Source: Candidatus Eiseniibacteriota bacterium (GTDB taxonomy: Bacteria > Eisenbacteria > RBG-16-71-46). Taken from it: a DNA stretch of 64,000 bases. How positions within the stretch are numbered: the first letter of the stretch is position 1; each line of letters opens with the position of its first letter. Under the pieces are notes generated by a model. That model was not told the origin of the DNA. It did no database searches and saw only the letters and a program-made list of their open reading frames with translations. Below are positions 61,204-64,000 of this stretch, one piece after another. Where the stretch lies: NCBI GenBank assembly GCA_963717935.1, contig CAVQXP010000004.1:1120001-1184000 (forward strand). The letters run 5' to 3'. Made by a program: the position numbers and the translations under genes.

Positions 61204-64000
61204 GGCGCCTGCTGGTCCTGCTCGCGCTGGCCGGGCTGGCGTTCGCCGCTCCCCGCGCGTGGGCAGCCGACCCTCCGGACGAGCCCCCGCTCAACCTCAC
61301 GGCCGACAACCTGACCGGCAGCCACGGTCCCGAGGGCGATTTCGTCATGCTCAACGGCGCCGTGCGCATGACGCGCGGCCGCACCGTGCTCACCGCCGAC
61401 GCCGGGCGCTACTACAAGGTGCAGGGCATGCTCTACCTGGACGGGCACGTGCAGATGGTGGACAGCGTGACCACCATGACCTGCGACCACGCCTCGTACT
61501 CCGAGGCCCAGGACCAGCTGTTCGTCCAGGGTAACGTGAGGCTGGTGGACAAGGACTCGGAGATCCGGGCGCCCTCCGGCACCTACGACCGCCGCAGCGG
61601 GCGCGCCGACCTGGCCGGCCCGGTCGAGGGGCGCGACCGGAAGATGGTCCTGTACGCGGACCGCGCGGTCTACCTGCGGGACTCCGCGGTGGTGCTGGCG
61701 CGCGGCCACGTGCGCGGCGTCGACCAGGAGAACAAGACCGAACTCGAGGCGCGATCCGTGGACTACGACCGCGTGCGGAAGGTGGCCGTGGGGACCGGCG
61801 ATCCCGTGCTGCGCACGCGCGACGACGACAGCCGGGTCACCGAGTTGCGCGCGCTCCGGCTGGTGGTGGACACGGAGCGGCGCGTGGCCGAGGCGATCGA
61901 CTCGGTGCGCATCTCGCGCGACACGCTGCAGGCACGTGGTGACCACGCCCTGTTCGACGACGTCGCCCAGCGCGGCTGGGTCACCGGGAACCCGCGGGCC
62001 TGGGACGATCAGACCAGGGTGAGCGGCGACACGCTCGAGTTCCAGACCGAGAAACGCGCGGTCAAGGCGGTCGTGGTGCGGTCCAACGCGGTCATGGACT
62101 ACGTCGGGAGCCGGCCCAACACGCTGGGCGAGGCCAGCCGGCTCACCGGCGACACGGCGACCGTGTACTTCACCGGCGGCGACATCGACAGCCTGGTGGC
62201 GGTGGGCAAGGCGCGCAACGAGTACACCGGCGTGCCGCGCGCGGGGAAGACCTCCGAGCAGAACGAGGCGGCGGGCGACACCATCACGGTGTTCTTCCGC
62301 GAGCGCAAGATCGACCGCGCCCAGATCCAGGGCGGTGCGCGCGGCACCTATCGCATCGCGGTGGACGTGGGCGACACCACGGCGGCGAAGAAGGAGGTCG
62401 TGGAGTACGACGCCAGGCGCATCGAGTTCCGGGTGGCGGAGAGCACCATCGTACTGGACACGGACGCCCATCTCACCTACCAGGATCTCGAGTTGCGCGC
62501 GCGCCAGGTGAAGTACGACATCGAGCGGCAGACGCTCGAGGCCGAAGGCTCGCCGGTGCTCGGCGACCGCGGCGAGCAGGTCAAGGGCGGACTCATGACC
62601 TACGACCTCCCGTCCCGCGTGGGCACCATCTACGATGCGCAGACCAACTACGAGAAGGGCCTCTACCTGGGCCAGCGCATCCGCAAGGTGGGCGAGAACG
62701 AGCTGGACGTGATGAACGGCACCTACACGACCTGCAACGGGTCCAAGCCGCACTACCGCTTCTCGTCGCACTGGATGAAGATCTTCCTGAAGGACAAGCT
62801 GGTGGCGAAGCCGGTCGTGTTCTACCTGGGGAACGTGCCCCTGCTGGCGCTGCCCTTCTGGGTGTTCCCGGTGAAGTCGGGGCGCCACTCGGGGTTCCTC
62901 TTCCCGCAGTTCGAGTTCGGCCTCAGCAACAGCGCCGGGCAGTTCATCCGCAACGCCGGCTACTACTGGGCGCCCAACGACTACATGGACTTCACCGCGG
63001 CCGGTGACTACTACCAGGCCGAGCCGTCCTGGGTGCTGCGGGGGGACGGCGAATACCGCCTGCTCTACCGCCTGGGCGGGAGCTTCCGCGGCACCTTCGC
63101 GCGCAACGAGAGCCCGCTGAACCGCACCGAGAACTGGGACTTCAGCGCCGACCACTCGCAGGAGATCACGCCGCGCACCCGGCTGGTGGCGCGCGCCTCG
63201 TTCGTCTCGAGCAAGGACTACAACTCGAGCAACCTCTACGGACGCTCCCTCTCGCAGCGCCTGAACCGGTTCCTCACCTCCAGCCTGGCGATCTCGCACA
63301 ACGCCGACTGGGCCAGCATCAACGCGGTCATCGACCGGCGCCAGGACCTCGACGCGGACGAGAGCGTGATCGAGGCGAACCGCAACGCGATCCAGCCCAT
63401 CGGCACCGCCGCCACGCTCGCCAACCTCACCGAGTCGAAGCCCACGCTCTCGATCGCCTTCCCGACCCGCGCCATCGGCAGTCTCGGGCTGCTCAAGCGC
63501 ACACCGCTGGCGAAGCCGCTGCGCACCCTCTATTTCGGGCTCAACAGCCAGTTCATCTCCTACACGGAGCAGCGGGCCTTCGTCGCGGGCCACACGCCGT
63601 TCGCGGCGGACGTGATGCGGGACTCGATCACCACGCTCGGACAGCAACGCACGACGCGGCGGGGCCTGTCGAACAGCATCGGCCTCTCGGACTCGCGCCA
63701 GCTCTTCGGCTGGCTCAATTTCCAGCCGCAACTGCGGGCCAACGTGGTGGTGTTCGACTTCGACGAGCAGGGCCACACGGTGGTGCCGGCCAGCGTCTGG
63801 TCGAGCGGCGTCACGATGAGCACGACCTTCTACGGCGCGTTCCGGCCACGCATCCTCGGGCTGGAAGGGTTGCGCCACGTCGTCTCTCCGAACGCCTCGC
63901 TGTCCTACAGCCCGGAGTTCCCGGGGCTCACCTACGTGGACTCCGCCGGCTTCCGCCGGAACCGATTCAAGAGCTTCTCCGGCGTGGGCATCTCCGGGTT
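61200..64000 (+). CDS. lptD: LPS-assembly protein LptD with a long N-terminal OstA/LptA-like region, partial (no stop in window)
   Basis: Manual translation from GTG 61200: signal peptide, ~390 aa of beta-jellyroll-like repeats, then GTYTTC..PHY, KIFLKDKLVAKPVVFY, SGRHSGFLFP, GYYWAPNDYMD. Confidence 0.85.
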   Translation, partial: MRRLLVLLALAGLAFAAPRAWAADPPDEPPLNLTADNLTGSHGPEGDFVMLNGAVRMTRGRTVLTADAGRYYKVQGMLYLDGHVQMVDSVTTMTCDHASYSEAQDQLFVQGNVRLVDKDSEIRAPSGTYDRRSGRADLAGPVEGRDRKMVLYADRAVYLRDSAVVLARGHVRGVDQENKTELEARSVDYDRVRKVAVGTGDPVLRTRDDDSRVTELRALRLVVDTERRVAEAIDSVRISRDTLQARGDHALFDDVAQRGWVTGNPRAWDDQTRVSGDTLEFQTEKRAVKAVVVRSNAVMDYVGSRPNTLGEASRLTGDTATVYFTGGDIDSLVAVGKARNEYTGVPRAGKTSEQNEAAGDTITVFFRERKIDRAQIQGGARGTYRIAVDVGDTTAAKKEVVEYDARRIEFRVAESTIVLDTDAHLTYQDLELRARQVKYDIERQTLEAEGSPVLGDRGEQVKGGLMTYDLPSRVGTIYDAQTNYEKGLYLGQRIRKVGENELDVMNGTYTTCNGSKPHYRFSSHWMKIFLKDKLVAKPVVFYLGNVPLLALPFWVFPVKSGRHSGFLFPQFEFGLSNSAGQFIRNAGYYWAPNDYMDFTAAGDYYQAEPSWVLRGDGEYRLLYRLGGSFRGTFARNESPLNRTENWDFSADHSQEITPRTRLVARASFVSSKDYNSSNLYGRSLSQRLNRFLTSSLAISHNADWASINAVIDRRQDLDADESVIEANRNAIQPIGTAATLANLTESKPTLSIAFPTRAIGSLGLLKRTPLAKPLRTLYFGLNSQFISYTEQRAFVAGHTPFAADVMRDSITTLGQQRTTRRGLSNSIGLSDSRQLFGWLNFQPQLRANVVVFDFDEQGHTVVPASVWSSGVTMSTTFYGAFRPRILGLEGLRHVVSPNASLSYSPEFPGLTYVDSAGFRRNRFKSFSGVGISG

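Noticed and set aside
59664..63878. 1404-aa minus-strand ORF
   Set aside because: Antisense shadow of folC and lptD caused by high-GC codon bias; no recognisable motifs

Overview
High-GC bacterial chromosomal segment. Its gene content is FCB-group-like (PorX/PorY pair, Bacteroidota-type LptD, kinase-less PASTA protein); Candidatus Eisenbacteria or a relative is my inference, not proven. About 1-22.3 kb is a surface-glycan locus: ugd, rmlC, rmlB, an SLBB export protein, two Wzx flippases, seven glycosyltransferases, a WcaJ-type and a WecA-type initiating transferase, fcl, a methyltransferase and an O-antigen ligase/polymerase. The rest is mostly core genes (khpA-rimM-trmD-rplS-rnhB-yraN; tgt-yajC-def-fmt-rsmB-PASTA-rpe; ffh-rpsP; serS; tsaE-tsaB/rimI-accD-folC-lptD) with accessory genes between them. 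Best leads: (1) an intact, nearly adjacent PorY/PorX(PglZ) two-component pair, with porX heading an essential operon; (2) an ECF sigma/anti-sigma locus whose likely promoter, TGCAAC-N17-CGT(C/A), occurs three times in intergenic DNA and suggests a small regulon; (3) an apparent LptA-LptD fusion; (4) a perfect 30-bp inverted repeat between two divergent promoters; (5) a 15-codon thiolase remnant; (6) a TGT with an atypical substrate pocket. Many frameshifts, some in essential genes, look like sequencing/consensus indels. No rRNA, tRNA, CRISPR array or transposase was seen.
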